Of a stretch of 64,000 nucleotides of DNA, positions 52,445 through 64,000 are shown piece by piece; the stretch's first letter is position 1; the number at the start of each line of letters is the position of its first letter. The position numbers were made by a program, and so were the translations under genes. The notes below the pieces were generated by a model that was not told the origin of the DNA, ran no database searches, and saw only the letters and a list, made by a program, of their open reading frames with translations. This DNA is from Chiloscyllium plagiosum (lineage: Eukaryota): assembly GCF_004010195.1 (NCBI RefSeq), contig NC_057719.1:72305961-72369960 (forward strand). The letters are read 5' to 3'.

Positions 52445-52478
52445 CTCTGTTCCAAGAAACAAGAATCCATTCCAAGAG
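52445..52478 (+). CDS. SCFD1: SCFD1 exon (34 nt): SVPRNKNPFQE
   Basis: Acceptor tttgcag| and donor |gtaagt; in phase with the preceding exon. Confidence 0.93.
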
Positions 52479-54611
52479 GTAAGTAGGCTACATGTGTAGT
52501 TTGAATGCACTGGACTAACTTTACGAATTACCTTAATGAGTTCTGACGTAGGCTTTGGGAATTTTGGAAAACTTTCAGGATTACTGCAATTGATGAGTGA
52601 CTGCAGGCACAGTGAAAATATTAAATTTCAAAGCTGCAAATAAGAAGTGATCTCAAATGAGGAATGTTCCTGCAAGGAAATATAGTTGGAGTTTGATGCC
52701 AATTTCTCTTGCTATGACTATTTGTCAATATTTCATTATGTTACAAAGTTTATTACTGTTTTCTCAAACTTAGAGTTGATGGTAATTGCATCAGCGAACA
52801 CTGCCTTTAATTTACAGATGTATACAAAATTATAGGAATGTGAAAACTTAAAACGGTTATCCTTAATTCTGTTTTAAAATCTCCTCTTATTGGTCTGTGG
52901 CTGCAAATTTCCAGGATCATAGTTGATCAGAATTAGGTCATTCAGTCCATCGAGTATGCTCCACCATTCAATCATGACTGTTTCTCAACTTATTCTCCTG
53001 CCTTCTCCCCATAACCTTTGATCCCCTTACCAATCATGAAGCTATTCATACACTGAAATTTATATCAGTTTCTGTACTGGTAGTCTGTAACAAACAAAAT
53101 CTACGCTGAAATTTCTAAATTTCCTGTGGAGGTGATTACCTTCAGCCTCTGATTCAGCCTACCATTATCATGTCTAGCATTGACACACACATTGTGAAGG
53201 GCACGTTGGCTTTTGATACCTTCTGATTGCGTAGAGTTGAGAAATGTCAGAAATGTTTTGGATGTTCTGAGATTGTCGCCACTTTGGTTAAGTGTATTTT
53301 TTTAAAATCTACTAAATTTAAGTTTACATATGTATACTCTGCATAACCAGAAAACTAGCATGCTGATTGGAGCTCTGCAAAAACAAACAGCAATGAATTT
53401 TAGCATGTGTAACTGTGAAGAGATGCAAGTGATTCAAATGCAGCAATGTTTCAATGCAGAGATAGATATAAATTGCCTAAGTAGCAATGAGGTTGCATGG
53501 GGGAATTAGCACAAGTTATTGCTACACAAGTGAGCAATATTTCCAAGAAATTAAAAGCCTGCAAACAGAGATTTAGTGGAATATTTTAAATTAATCCTCT
53601 TCGCTTTTTCTAATGTTAATCAGTTTTCTTCCTGTATTTGTCTGAAGCAAGTTTCCAGCTCTTTGCAGATTGCACTATAAGAAGGATGCTAATAAGCTGC
53701 TTAGAGAAAATAATTCTAGCAACTCTGCTAATACACACTCAGTTAATTACCTGCGAGAGGAAATTAGGTTTTATCATTTGTAATATAGATCACAGCTTAA
53801 AATGTAGTTTCAAGACAGTAGTTACACAATAGTTATTGCCACAGGTACAGTTACTTTTATTTCATGTGTCAACAAAACTAATGATTTTTTTTCAAGAAAA
53901 CTTATAATTTAGCAAGATTTTACACGCACTATAATATTAGGTTGGTGGGAAATCCATGAACCATGTGAACTATTAAGAGCTTAATTTCCAACATCCAACA
54001 CTAAATTTAAAATTCTTTCTCTATTTCGATTATCCAAAACCAAATTATTACAGATAAATGAAGACATTTTCAAAGGTACTTCTAAAAATGGAGATAATTG
54101 GCGGGTTGGTGTGGTGGCAGGGGGGAGGGGTGCGAACTTCCAGAGTTTAAGTTAAAAGCAGTTGGAAGGCCAGCAAGAGAGACCTGCAAGTACTGATTGC
54201 AGGTATGCTATATTTTTATGATCATTGAGACCGAAGCTGTTGCACTCCACATTACCAAGTGTAATCAGATTGTATGGTTCCACACTCTGTTGGGCCATGT
54301 TTCTGCACATCCGCAGTCATTACAACAATATGGAGGGTTCCAAGACAAAGAGAATCTCACAGGGGTTAAGAAGAATATCTTTTAAACTGATCACCAGGAA
54401 TAGAGGTTTTGACCTAACTGAGTTTAATGTCAGCTGGCTAGGCTAATTGCATGCAAGTGATAAAGCACTTTGACACAGGGGTTGCATCCATGCATATGGT
54501 TTTCATAAATGTAACGAGGAATGATTTTCTTTTGGATTTGAAGAGAAATGGGCTAAGAATCAAACTGAGGATACCAGAACCATGTGGCTGCATAGGCTCC
54601 TCCCTGCCTTC

Positions 54612-54705
54612 AGTCCTGATGAAGGGCTTTTGCCCAAAATGTCGATTTTCCTGCTCCTCGGATGCTGCCTGACCGGCTGTGCTTTTCCAGCACCACTCTA
54701 ATTTA
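54612..54705 (+). mobile_element. Family A Penelope fragment with the hammerhead eroded by CpG decay
   Basis: cctgatgaagggcttttgcccaaaatgtcgattttcc followed by the family A tail. Confidence 0.8.
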
Positions 54706-55489
54706 GGCTATTTGGACAGTCCAAAGGAGGGGGCAAAATTGAGAAGGATGGCATGGTCAACTGCTTAGAGATCTTAGAGATAAAACAATCCAGAAAAAAA
54801 GGCTGAAGAGACTGAGCCTCAGGAGTGGTTAACAGTGTTAAAACATGTCTTGTAATTGAAGGAAAATAAGAACCTTTTGTGGACCAAACAGGCTGAATTA
54901 GCCCCTCTGACTAAGTGAAGCTTTTAAAATAAATTTTGATGGCATTAAAATGTATATCCTATACAATATCAAACAAGCAATGAGCAATATCAATAGCACA
55001 ACACGTTAAATTTCCTTTGGGCAATCACAGGGACCAATTAACACACAATCTTACAAGTAATTTTCAGTCTGGAGGTCTGTGAAAGCTGGTTCAGGACCAA
55101 AATTAATAGATTCTTGAGACTAATGACATTGAGAGATTTGGAAATTGTGTGGAAAATTGGCTTTGATGTAAATGATCAGCCATGATCAAATTAAATGGTG
55201 CAGCAGGCTCAATGTGACTGGCCTACTCCAGCTAGGGAGTTCCTAGGAGATTAGAGCTCCAGTTCATACTTGTAACCCTGGCCCTTTGGTGTATTGAAGT
55301 AGAACATCCAGTGATTTTATACAGGCAATCCTTTTAATTGCCCTCACCCTATCATAGCATGCTTTTAATGTTTATGCATCTATGGAATAATTTATAATTT
55401 TAGTTTATTATCCTTTATAATTTCATAATTCCTCATTGTTTGTTTTTACTTCTATTCTAATTTCTTCATATGTTCCCGCATCATACTTT

Positions 55490-57830
55490 TAAAGATTAAA
55501 GGGGTATATGCAAGGTAAATGAGCTTTCAGCGCAGGTTGAAATTGGTAGGTACAATGTTGTGGGTATCACAGAGATATGGCTTCAAGGAGATGAGAGCTG
55601 GAACTAAACATTCAAGGATATTTATACATCCTATTGAAAGGATAGGCAGAGAGGAGAGCATTTGTCTTGTTAGAAAGAAATTAAATTAATAGCAAGCAGT
55701 GATATAGAGTTGGAAGGTGTAGAATCTGTGTGTGGGTACAGTTGAGGAACCAGAAAAGAAAATAGACACCGAACGAAGATGTGAAAAGGCCTCCTAGCTC
55801 AAGATGTCTGGCATGAAAAAAGATCAGGAGGTAGAAAAGGCATGTAAGAAAGGCACTATTATAATAATCACAGGGAAGTTCAATATGTAGGTGGACTGGG
55901 AAAAGCAGGTTGGTGGCTGACCTCAAGAAAAGGAAGGTAAAAACAATGACTGCAGATGCTGGAAACCAGATTTTGGATTAGTGGTGCTGGAAGAGCACAG
56001 CAGTTCAGGCAGCATCCAAGGAGCAGCAAAATCGACATTTCGGGCAAAAGCCCTTCATCAGGAATAAAAGGAATCTGTGAGATTTTTTATTTTGAGCATT
56101 TGTCGGCGAGGCACCCTCCCCTGCCTGAGTGAACAGGCACTTTTGAATTTGGTGATGTGTAATGAAGCAGACTTGATTAGGGGCATAAAGTGAAGGAACC
56201 CCTGAGAGGCAGTGATCATAATATGATTGAATTCAGCCTTCAGTTTGAGAGGGAGAAACTGGAATCAGATGTAACAGTATTACAATTGAGTAAAGGAACT
56301 AAAAATAGATGAGGGACAAGCTGGCCAGGGTTGATTGGAAGGGGAACCTAGCAGGAAAGACAGTGGAGCAGCAATGGCAGGTGTTTCTGGGGCTAATTCA
56401 AGAGGCACAGCAGCAATTCATCCAAAAGAAGAAGAAACATACTAAGGGGAGGACAAGGCAGCCATGACTGACAGAGGAAGTCAGGAACAGCATAAAAACA
56501 AAATAAATAGCATATAATGTGGTGAAGATTAATGGCAAGCCAAAGGATTGGGAAGTCTTTAAAGACCAGCAGAGGATAACTAAAAAAGCAATAAGGTGGA
56601 ACAAGATAAAATATGAGAGTTAGCTAACTACTAATATAAAAGAGGATTGCAAGAGCTTTTTTAGTTATAGGAAAGGTAAGAGAGGCAAAAATGGACATTG
56701 GACCACTGGAAAATGAAGCTGGAGAAGTAGTATTGGGGAACAAAGAAATGGTGGAGGAGCTGAGTAGGTATTTTGCATCAGTTTTCACAGCAGAAGACAC
56801 TAACAGCACACCAGAACTTCAAGAGAGTCAGGGGCAGAGATGAGCATAGTGGCATCATTAAGGAGAAGGTACCTAGGAAATTAAAAGATCTGTAGGTGGA
56901 TAGATAACCCAAATCAAATAGATTACATGCCAGAATTCTGAAGGAGATAGCTGAAGAGATTGTAGAGGCATTAGTGGTGATCTTTCAGAAATCACTAGAT
57001 TCAGGTAGGGTGCCAGGTGACAAGAAAATGACTCATGTAGCACCCCTGTTAAAGAAAAGAGGGAGGCAGAAGACAGGAAACTATAGGTTGGTTAGCCTGA
57101 TCTCTGCCATTGGTAAGATTTTAGAGTTCATTATTAAGGATGAGATTGCAGGATACTTGGAAGTGCATGATAAAAAAAAATGAGTCCACACGGCTTATTC
57201 AAGGGGAAGTCATGCCTGACAAATCTGTTAGAATTCTTTGAGGAGGTAATGAGCAAGTAAGATAAAGGGGAGCCAGTGGACATGATCTATTTGGGTTTCC
57301 AGAGGTTGCGAAGCAAAATAAGAGCTCATAGTACTAGGGTCATAGATAGAGGATTGGCTGACTGGCAGAAGGCAGGGAGTAGGGATACAGGGATCTTTTT
57401 CAGGATGGCAGCTAGTGACCAGTGGAGTTCTGCATGGGTGGGTCTAATGCATTATACTTTGGGAGGGAATTTAATTGAAACTTACAATATACTGAGAGGC
57501 ACGGAAAATTTGTTTCCACTTGTAAGAAAGACTAGGACCAGAGGGCACAACCTCAGAGTGAAGGTGCCACCTTTTAGAACTGAGATAAGGAGGAATTTCT
57601 TAAGCCAAGAGGGTGGTTAATCTGTGGAACGCATTGCCGCAAAGGCTGTGGAGGAAAGGTCATTGAGTATATTTAAGACAGAGATAGATAGTTCTTGATT
57701 GGTAAGAGGATCAGGGTTACAGGGAAAAGACAGGAGAATGGGGTTGAGAAACATATCAGCCATAATCAAATAGCAGAGCAAACACGATGCGCCAAATGGC
57801 CTAATTCTGTTCCTGTATCTTCTGGTTGTA
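55490..57830 (+). mobile_element. Degenerate CR1 LINE (endonuclease + RT, internal deletion near 57430)
   Basis: VVGITEIWL-like start; IFQKSLDSGRVP...GNYRLVSLIS; RTRGHNLRV; CR1 tail. Confidence 0.9.
55936..56065 (-). mobile_element. Family A hammerhead-bearing insertion nested in CR1
   Basis: Reverse complement reads attcctgatgaagggcttttgcccgaaatgtcgat; TSD aaaaggaa at 55928-55935 and 56066-56073. Confidence 0.85.
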
Positions 57831-58244
57831 TTATCTTTCTCTGGCAGTCATGTACTGTCCATTGTTTTCCTTATCCTCACATGTTACCCTCTCACTGTTC
57901 ATCCATGGTGTGTCTTTAATGTTTAGTTTATGCTTGATATTTTTTAGAGAAAATGTTTTGGGCTTTGTTGAACATCATTTTAAAAGTTTACCATTGCTGT
58001 TCTACATCATTATTTGCCATTACTGTTGTCTGCTCTCGCAGTCCTTCAAAAAATAGATTTCTCAAAACGTATTCACTGGCCTTTGCCATGATTGTGCCCT
58101 TCTCAATCCCTACCTCAAGCCATATCATTATGGTCACAATGGCAGAGATGTTCACTACTTCTAATGCTCTGATTATTTTCCTTTATTGGATCCTTTACTG
58201 TTTGGCCTTTTACAAATACTGGGTTAGAACAGAGTCCTAGGCAG

Positions 58245-58614
58245 AAATGGGTACTGCAGATGCTGGAGATTACACTCAAAATTAGAGTGGTGATGGAAAA
58301 GCACAGCAGGTAGGCAGCATCTGAGGAGCAGGAAAAATCGACGTTTCTGACAAAAGCCCTTCATGAGGAATGAGGCAGGGAGCCTCGGGGGCGGAGAGAT
58401 AAGTGGGAGGGGAGTGGGCCTGGGTAGAAGGTAGCTGAGAGTGCAGTAGGTGAATGGAGGTGAAGGGAAAGGTGATAGGTTGGAGAGGAGGGTGGAGCAG
58501 ATAGGTGGGAAGGAAGATTGACAAGTGGGGCAGGTCATGAGGATGGTGCTGAGCTGAAAGGTTGGAGCTGAGGTAAGGTGGGGGCGAAGAGATAGGAGGA
58601 AACTAGTGAAGTCT
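58245..58614 (-). mobile_element. Longer family A Penelope 3' fragment (possible ORF end + pyrimidine-rich UTR + hammerhead remnant)
   Basis: Minus strand LDFTSFLLS, then a C/T-rich tract, then cctcatgaagggcttttgtcagaaacgtcga and the family tail. Confidence 0.75.
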
Positions 58615-58883
58615 AAATATGTTCCATCTGGCAAATTTCCAGTTTTGACTTTCCTGTAACCTTGGTTCAGTAATTCTGACAATGTCCGAATTCTCAGAAC
58701 ATATTTTGCATTTAACGTATTACTCCTGGTTTTTCCAGATAATATATGCATCGCTGTGCAGACAGTTCAGCTCAAATTTAATGGCAGTTTTTCTCATTTT
58801 TGTAAGCTAATTTTACTCTCCTGTTCTATAACTCTACTTATTGCCATAGTTTCATCAGCCATTCCTTATCAACAATAAACAAA

Positions 58884-58970
58884 AACACAAAATGCTGGGA
58901 AGACTCAACATGTCTGGCAGCATCTGTGACGAGAAAGAAAGTTAATGTTTTGGGTCCAGTGACCCTTCTG
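58884..58970 (-). mobile_element. Old family C Penelope-derived fragment
   Basis: Reverse complement reads gaagggtcactggacccaaaacattaac...gatgctgccagac. Confidence 0.55.
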
Positions 58971-60329
58971 TGTTTTGTTTACATTTAAGCTTAGTGCATT
59001 ATTCTGGATTCCTTCCCCTTTCCCTATTTTAAGCCTTTTCAACCTCTGTATTTATCTCTTCTGCAAGGATACTGTTCCCATTCTGACTCAAGTGGAGCCG
59101 AATCATAATCATCGGTGCACATTTTATTAATTTATAGGCAAGGCTTTGCTCTTTCTGTTTTGATCTTATCAAATTGAAACAAAGATCCTATCATTACCAA
59201 TTCAACTTCTTTCAAAAGATTAAAATACAAGCTATAATATGAAAACTAATATATACCTCTTTCATGTACATTATGGTAGTATAGTGGTCATGGCACTCAA
59301 GTTAAAACCTAGACATCATGAGTTTAAATGCCATTATGGTAAATTTAAAATTGAATTCATGAAATCTGGTCCTCTGTGGACAATGTGTGCCAGTATCATT
59401 GGCTGGGGGTCTTGCTCATTATTGTTTTTACATACCTGTGGTGTCTCATTAAAATATATAGGCAATTCTTCTACTGGTGTCGCATATCCACATGTTACCT
59501 TGATATTGGAGCACATAATAAAATTAATTCCACACAATGATGGAAGAAGTTAGAGGGAATATTGCCCAATTCCCTTTTTTTGTTGCTTTACCTCAGCTAT
59601 CTCTTTTGCACTTTCCCTCAGATCTGCTCTGTTACCACTTCATCCAAGGTCATCTTTTACTACTTGTAGAATAAGAGAAAACCTAATCATTTGTAATTAC
59701 ATAAATAAATTCAGATCATATATGTCTATTTGATAAGCTTAGAATACATGATTACAAGTTATGAAATTGATTTCTTGTTCTTTTCAATCTCTTAATTTAA
59801 AAATGTGTATGTTTCATATATATATATGCCTTATAACCTAAGCTTAACTAATGTTTTCCAACTGTAATATAACAATATTTATGAAATTGAGATCCAGAAG
59901 TTCAAATAACCGCTGTAAAAATACACTGCTACAACTTCAACTTATCAGCATGGGAAAAGTTTTGTTCTGGATTTTTTCTTTAATCAGACCTTACGAAGTA
60001 TAATATTTTCATGATGTATTTCTTTTTTTTCTTGAAGTCTGCTTTGGAGCTCATTTCAAATGAACTGAAAAGAAGCAATTGTAATGAGTTTGAGCAAAAA
60101 TCCTTTAAATAGTATTACATGGTCTGGCAGATAAAGTTGCTTACTAAGTAATCTTTAATTTGCACTGCTCCTGATCTGGGATTACTGTTTTAAACTGAGA
60201 TTAAATGTGTTTTGAGTTTATGTCCAGTGCAGGTAACTTGATTTAATGTGAGTGCAAAATAGTTTGAAAGTTTTTTTCTCTGATTTGTAACAAAAGTACA
60301 GCACTGAAACAAGACATGGTCAAAGTATA

Positions 60330-62800
60330 AAAAAGAATACTGAGATTAACAAGATAAAAGATAATCCTTCTCCACAAACATTTTGTCTTTTTCCAGAAAA
60401 GTTTCAGCAATTCAAGTTAATGTCAAAACTTTCCCAGTGACCTGGGACTATTTATGTATATCAAATAAAAGGTGGTCTAAGCACTGACCCTTGACTGTTT
60501 GCCAACCTCCAGCCTGAAAAATAGCCTTTTGCCACAATGCTCTGTTTTCTGCCTTCTGCCTTCTTTCAATTGGACACTGACCATCCTAACTGGGCCTCAG
60601 TTTTATGAACCAGCTTTTACATTTAATATGATACTGTGTCCAAAGCATCCTGAAACATAACCAGACAACAATCACTGTGTTTCCATCAATTTTCTCTGTT
60701 ACTTCATTGAAATATTCAATTTGATTTCACTGCTTCTTACAAATCCATATTGTCTTTTATTAGTTAACTGAAACCTCTCCAATTCCCTGGTGATTTTTTT
60801 TGTGTCCTGATTATTATTTCTAAAGCTTCATCTTTTCTTGATTTGGGGAAGATTATGATGAGCCCTTTCACTATTTTACCCTGACTTCCTCCAGCAACTT
60901 GGGAAGCAAACCATCAGGACCAGGAAATTTATCTAACATAAATATAGCCAGCCTTTTACTGTCTGATCTTGATCTCAATTTTCAGCCTCTCCATTCATTC
61001 AACTATTTCAACTTTGACCAATATTTCTTCAGACACCTACTCCTTAGAAAACAATTTCACAAAGTACTCTTAAAGTATTCGAGCCTTGTCCTGCACCTCT
61101 AATCATACACCACCATTTTTATCCTTAATGTGATCCAATCTGCCTCTTACGATTAATTTACCTTTGATGCATTGCTAGATGGCTTTTGGGCTCCCTTTTA
61201 TATTGATGGTCATTCTACTCTTACGTTCTGTCCTTGTGAGTCCTGTTTTCCTCCTCTTATCCACTGTGAGTCTATTGTATTTGATCTAGTTCTCAATTGA
61301 AGAATTCACCAGATATGCATCATATGCTCCCTTTTGTTTCATTATAATCTTCCCATTTGTTATCATCCAAGGAGCCCAGTTTTTAGTTGCCTTACTTTCT
61401 TGAAAGATAATTAGTTTGCATTTGAAGCATCTCTTCCTTAAAGATTTCTGTTGTTCTGTTACAGTTCTTTCTATCAATCTTTTGTTCCATTTTACTCTGA
61501 ATAGACCCCATCTCTTCATGTCAAACTTAGCCTTTTTCCAATTTAGACGTTACATAGTTCCTTGTTTTTTTCCAATAGTAATTTGATCTTTATGATGTGA
61601 TCACTTCTACCTAAGGGTCCCCTAAAAGACACTAGGTCCACTTGGCTCACCTCGGCTTATCAATGCTCGATCCAGCTATGCCTCCTTTCCGGTTAGGCCA
61701 AACACATATTCACCAAGAATGATCTCTTGACCACCTTTTAGAAATTCCTCTCCTTCTATACCCTTTTGTTAACATTATCCCAATCAAATTTTGGGTAATT
61801 AAGGGTCCCCCAGTATGTTCACTGTTAGGTTTTTCAATGGATTTACTCCTCAATCTCCTTCTCACTATTTGGAATCTTATAGAATTCCCGGGGGGGACTA
61901 ACTAGTTGGACTTTGTCCTTGCCTCCTTTTCAATAGATTTACTCCTCAATCTCCTTCTCACTATTTGGAATCTTATAGAATTCCTGGGGGGGACTAACTA
62001 GTTGGACATTGTCCTTGCCTCCTTTTGGGCATTCCCTCTTTCCAATAGCGTGTCTTCCCTAATTTGTACTTCCACCCCACCTACCTTTTCACCTTCTCTA
62101 CCTTTTATAAACATATTGTATCCTTAAATATTAAGTGACCAGTTTTGCTACTTATTTTAAGCCACATTTCTGTCTTTGCCACCACATTATATTCCCACAA
62201 TTGTAGTTGTAGCTCACCATCCTTAATCACCATACATGTTTAGGTGCATGTAATCCTGTCTTTTCCTCAAAGTCCTTTTAAGTCTTCTGCTACTTTGTAT
62301 GGACCTCCTTTCCTTGCTAATAATGTCCAACGCTCTCACTTTATACACCTTATTCCCCTTTTCCACTTTTATATGCTTATGCCCATCCTCCTGCCAATTT
62401 AGTTTAATCCCTACCAATTAGACTACTGAGCATCTCCCAAGGACTTTCATCTCTGTCTATTGAGATACAATGCATCCCATTTGAATAAGTGCCAACTTCT
62501 CAGAACTAGTTTCAATGGCTAAAAGTCTGAAGCCTTCCTTCTACACCGTGGTTCAAGCTGCACGTTGTTTCTCCCTATATTCCCCTTTCTACTATGGCTA
62601 TAATGTGGCATTTGGGGAAATCCAGAGATTACTATCTTCAAATTCTTCACTTAGTCCTGAAATTTCACATGAGGGCTTCAATGCCTCTCTATGTTGTTGG
62701 TACCTCAGTGAAGTCGCACCTTCTGGCTCATTCTCTTCCCCTTGCAGAATATTCTGCACCTTCTTTATGACATACTTTATCCTGACACAAAGAAACAAAA
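60330..62800 (-). mobile_element. Old degenerate CR1-like LINE
   Basis: Minus-strand remnants such as KATKNWAPWMIT and ccatcaggaccagg (PGPDG). Confidence 0.55.
61831..62026 (+). repeat. Tandem duplication with a 96-bp period
   Basis: 61831-61926 is repeated at 61927-62022 with a few substitutions; junctions are tttt. Confidence 0.9.
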
Positions 62801-62819
62801 CACCACAATAACATAAAAC

Positions 62820-62950
62820 AAAAAAACCCACCAGATGCTGGAGATCTGAAGCAAAAAACAGCAATTGCTGGCAAAACTCATCAGGTCTATCAGTATTGTT
62901 GGGAGAAAGCAAAATTAACATTTCAAGTCCAGTGACTCTTCCTCAGAACT
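62820..62950 (-). mobile_element. Old family C Penelope-derived fragment with a hammerhead-like core
   Basis: Reverse complement reads UU-CUGAGGA-A-GAGUC(ACUG)GACUU-GAAA-U-GUU-AA. Confidence 0.6.
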
Positions 62951-63932
62951 GGAACACCTCACACTGTATTCACAGTGCTCATTACAGAAATCACTGTTTA
63001 GCCCCTGACTGTGGCATCTCAATATGTACTGCCTTTCAATTGATTAGCTAATCAATTAATTGATCTCTGCCAGGAAAATTTTAAAAAATTTGTCATTGGC
63101 CTTAACACCTCTGATTAGAGAGGGGGCATATCTTTCTGGTTGCTGCTGTTGTCCAGTTACCCCATTGGAAAATGCATATGTGTAAATGTTGAGTGAAAGC
63201 ATGCTTAGACAAACAACTTGTTGGCATTTCCTGTTCATAATCATATCCATAGAATAACTATTTGACCAAAATGTCTGGTGACTAGCAACAGCTAAGGCAG
63301 GGAAATACACTGAGAGGATACAAGCATTCTAAATAATAGAATTCAATATTTCACAGTCTGTTTTTAAGTTCATACCTTAATGTTTAAATCAATCCTGTAG
63401 AGTTTCATGTTTAGCCAAATATCTTTGGACATAAAATGTGGCTGGTGATCGTCTTGCATTTTCACCTACTTAAGCCTAAGAGATGCAGATGTGAAATTCT
63501 ATAGCAGCTGTGTAATTTGACCATCCATGTCCAGTTCTATTATTAAACCTGCTTACTATTCTAAGATTATCCAGGAAGGCAAAGTTAATACCTATTTTTT
63601 TTTCTCTCCACCATAAACCATTCTCCTAAATCACCCTGCATTTTTTTCACTACCTTCATCTACAACAATAAATATGACAAATCCAGTTTTTCTTTAATTA
63701 CATACATGGAGACTGTCCATTTAGCTATCCCTGTTGCTTCCATCCCCCCCCCCCAATCCAGTGGGCTATATTTCCTTAGAGTGCCCACTGCCATAATTCA
63801 AACCTCCTCTAGTTTCTGTCCTATCTTGCCATATGCCCTCTTTAAGCGCGTCTAATCGAAGAAATTCAGTGTTCTCTTGACTCTATTACTACCAAACTGC
63901 TGATCACCCAAATCCAATATTTGTTGTTATAA

Positions 63933-64000
63933 AGTCATAGAGATGTACTGCGTGGAAACAGACCCTTCGGTCCAACCCGTCCATGCCGATCTGATATCAC
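63933..64000 (-). mobile_element. 3' tail of a young CR1 (runs off the window edge)
   Basis: agtcatagagatgtac...ggaaacagaccc, as at 28793 and 49247. Confidence 0.85.

Larger units (their letters stand above)
3297..52478 (+). other. SCFD1: SCFD1 (Sly1, Sec1/Munc18 family) partial gene model: 10 internal coding exons, 684 nt, 228 codons
   Basis: Manually spliced exons give a continuous frame GLEGEDDGAISMLSDNTAKLTSAVS...NPFQE that matches the C-terminal part of vertebrate SCFD1 as recalled. All introns are GT-AG and the phases are consistent. The upstream exons and the final AIVFVVGGGNY exons were not found in the window. Confidence 0.96.

Noticed and set aside
3297..52478. Minor-spliceosome (U12) or non-canonical introns
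   Set aside because: All observed donors are ordinary GT types with no RTATCCTT consensus.
52479..64000. Expected next SCFD1 exon (AIVFVVGGGNYIEYQNL)
   Set aside because: I did not find it by eye. It probably lies beyond the window given the intron sizes, so this is not evidence of gene truncation.

Overview
This is 64 kb of eukaryotic, repeat-rich intronic DNA. The repeat families point to a cartilaginous fish, probably a shark (inference). Ten + strand coding exons of SCFD1 (Sly1, a Sec1/Munc18-family protein) run from 3297 to 52478. They splice with GT-AG sites and consistent phase into 228 uninterrupted codons. The 5' and 3' exons of the gene are not visible in the window. The introns hold CR1 LINEs, a near-full-length degenerate LINE with a tRNA-like head plus a SINE sharing its ends, a 5'-inverted RTE LINE, a Gypsy LTR/gag remnant, a Tigger-like MITE and HE1-like SINEs. 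The most striking non-coding signal is a set of short Penelope-like insertions carrying minimal hammerhead ribozyme motifs (CUGAnGA-A-stem II-GAAA-palindromic stem III). Two young families and one old family are present. Four insertions are head-to-head foldbacks with clean target-site duplications, including a perfect 196-bp palindrome with a hammerhead on each strand. There is a 479-nt assembly gap at 42897-43375. Most ORFs in the supplied track are repeat-derived or spurious.
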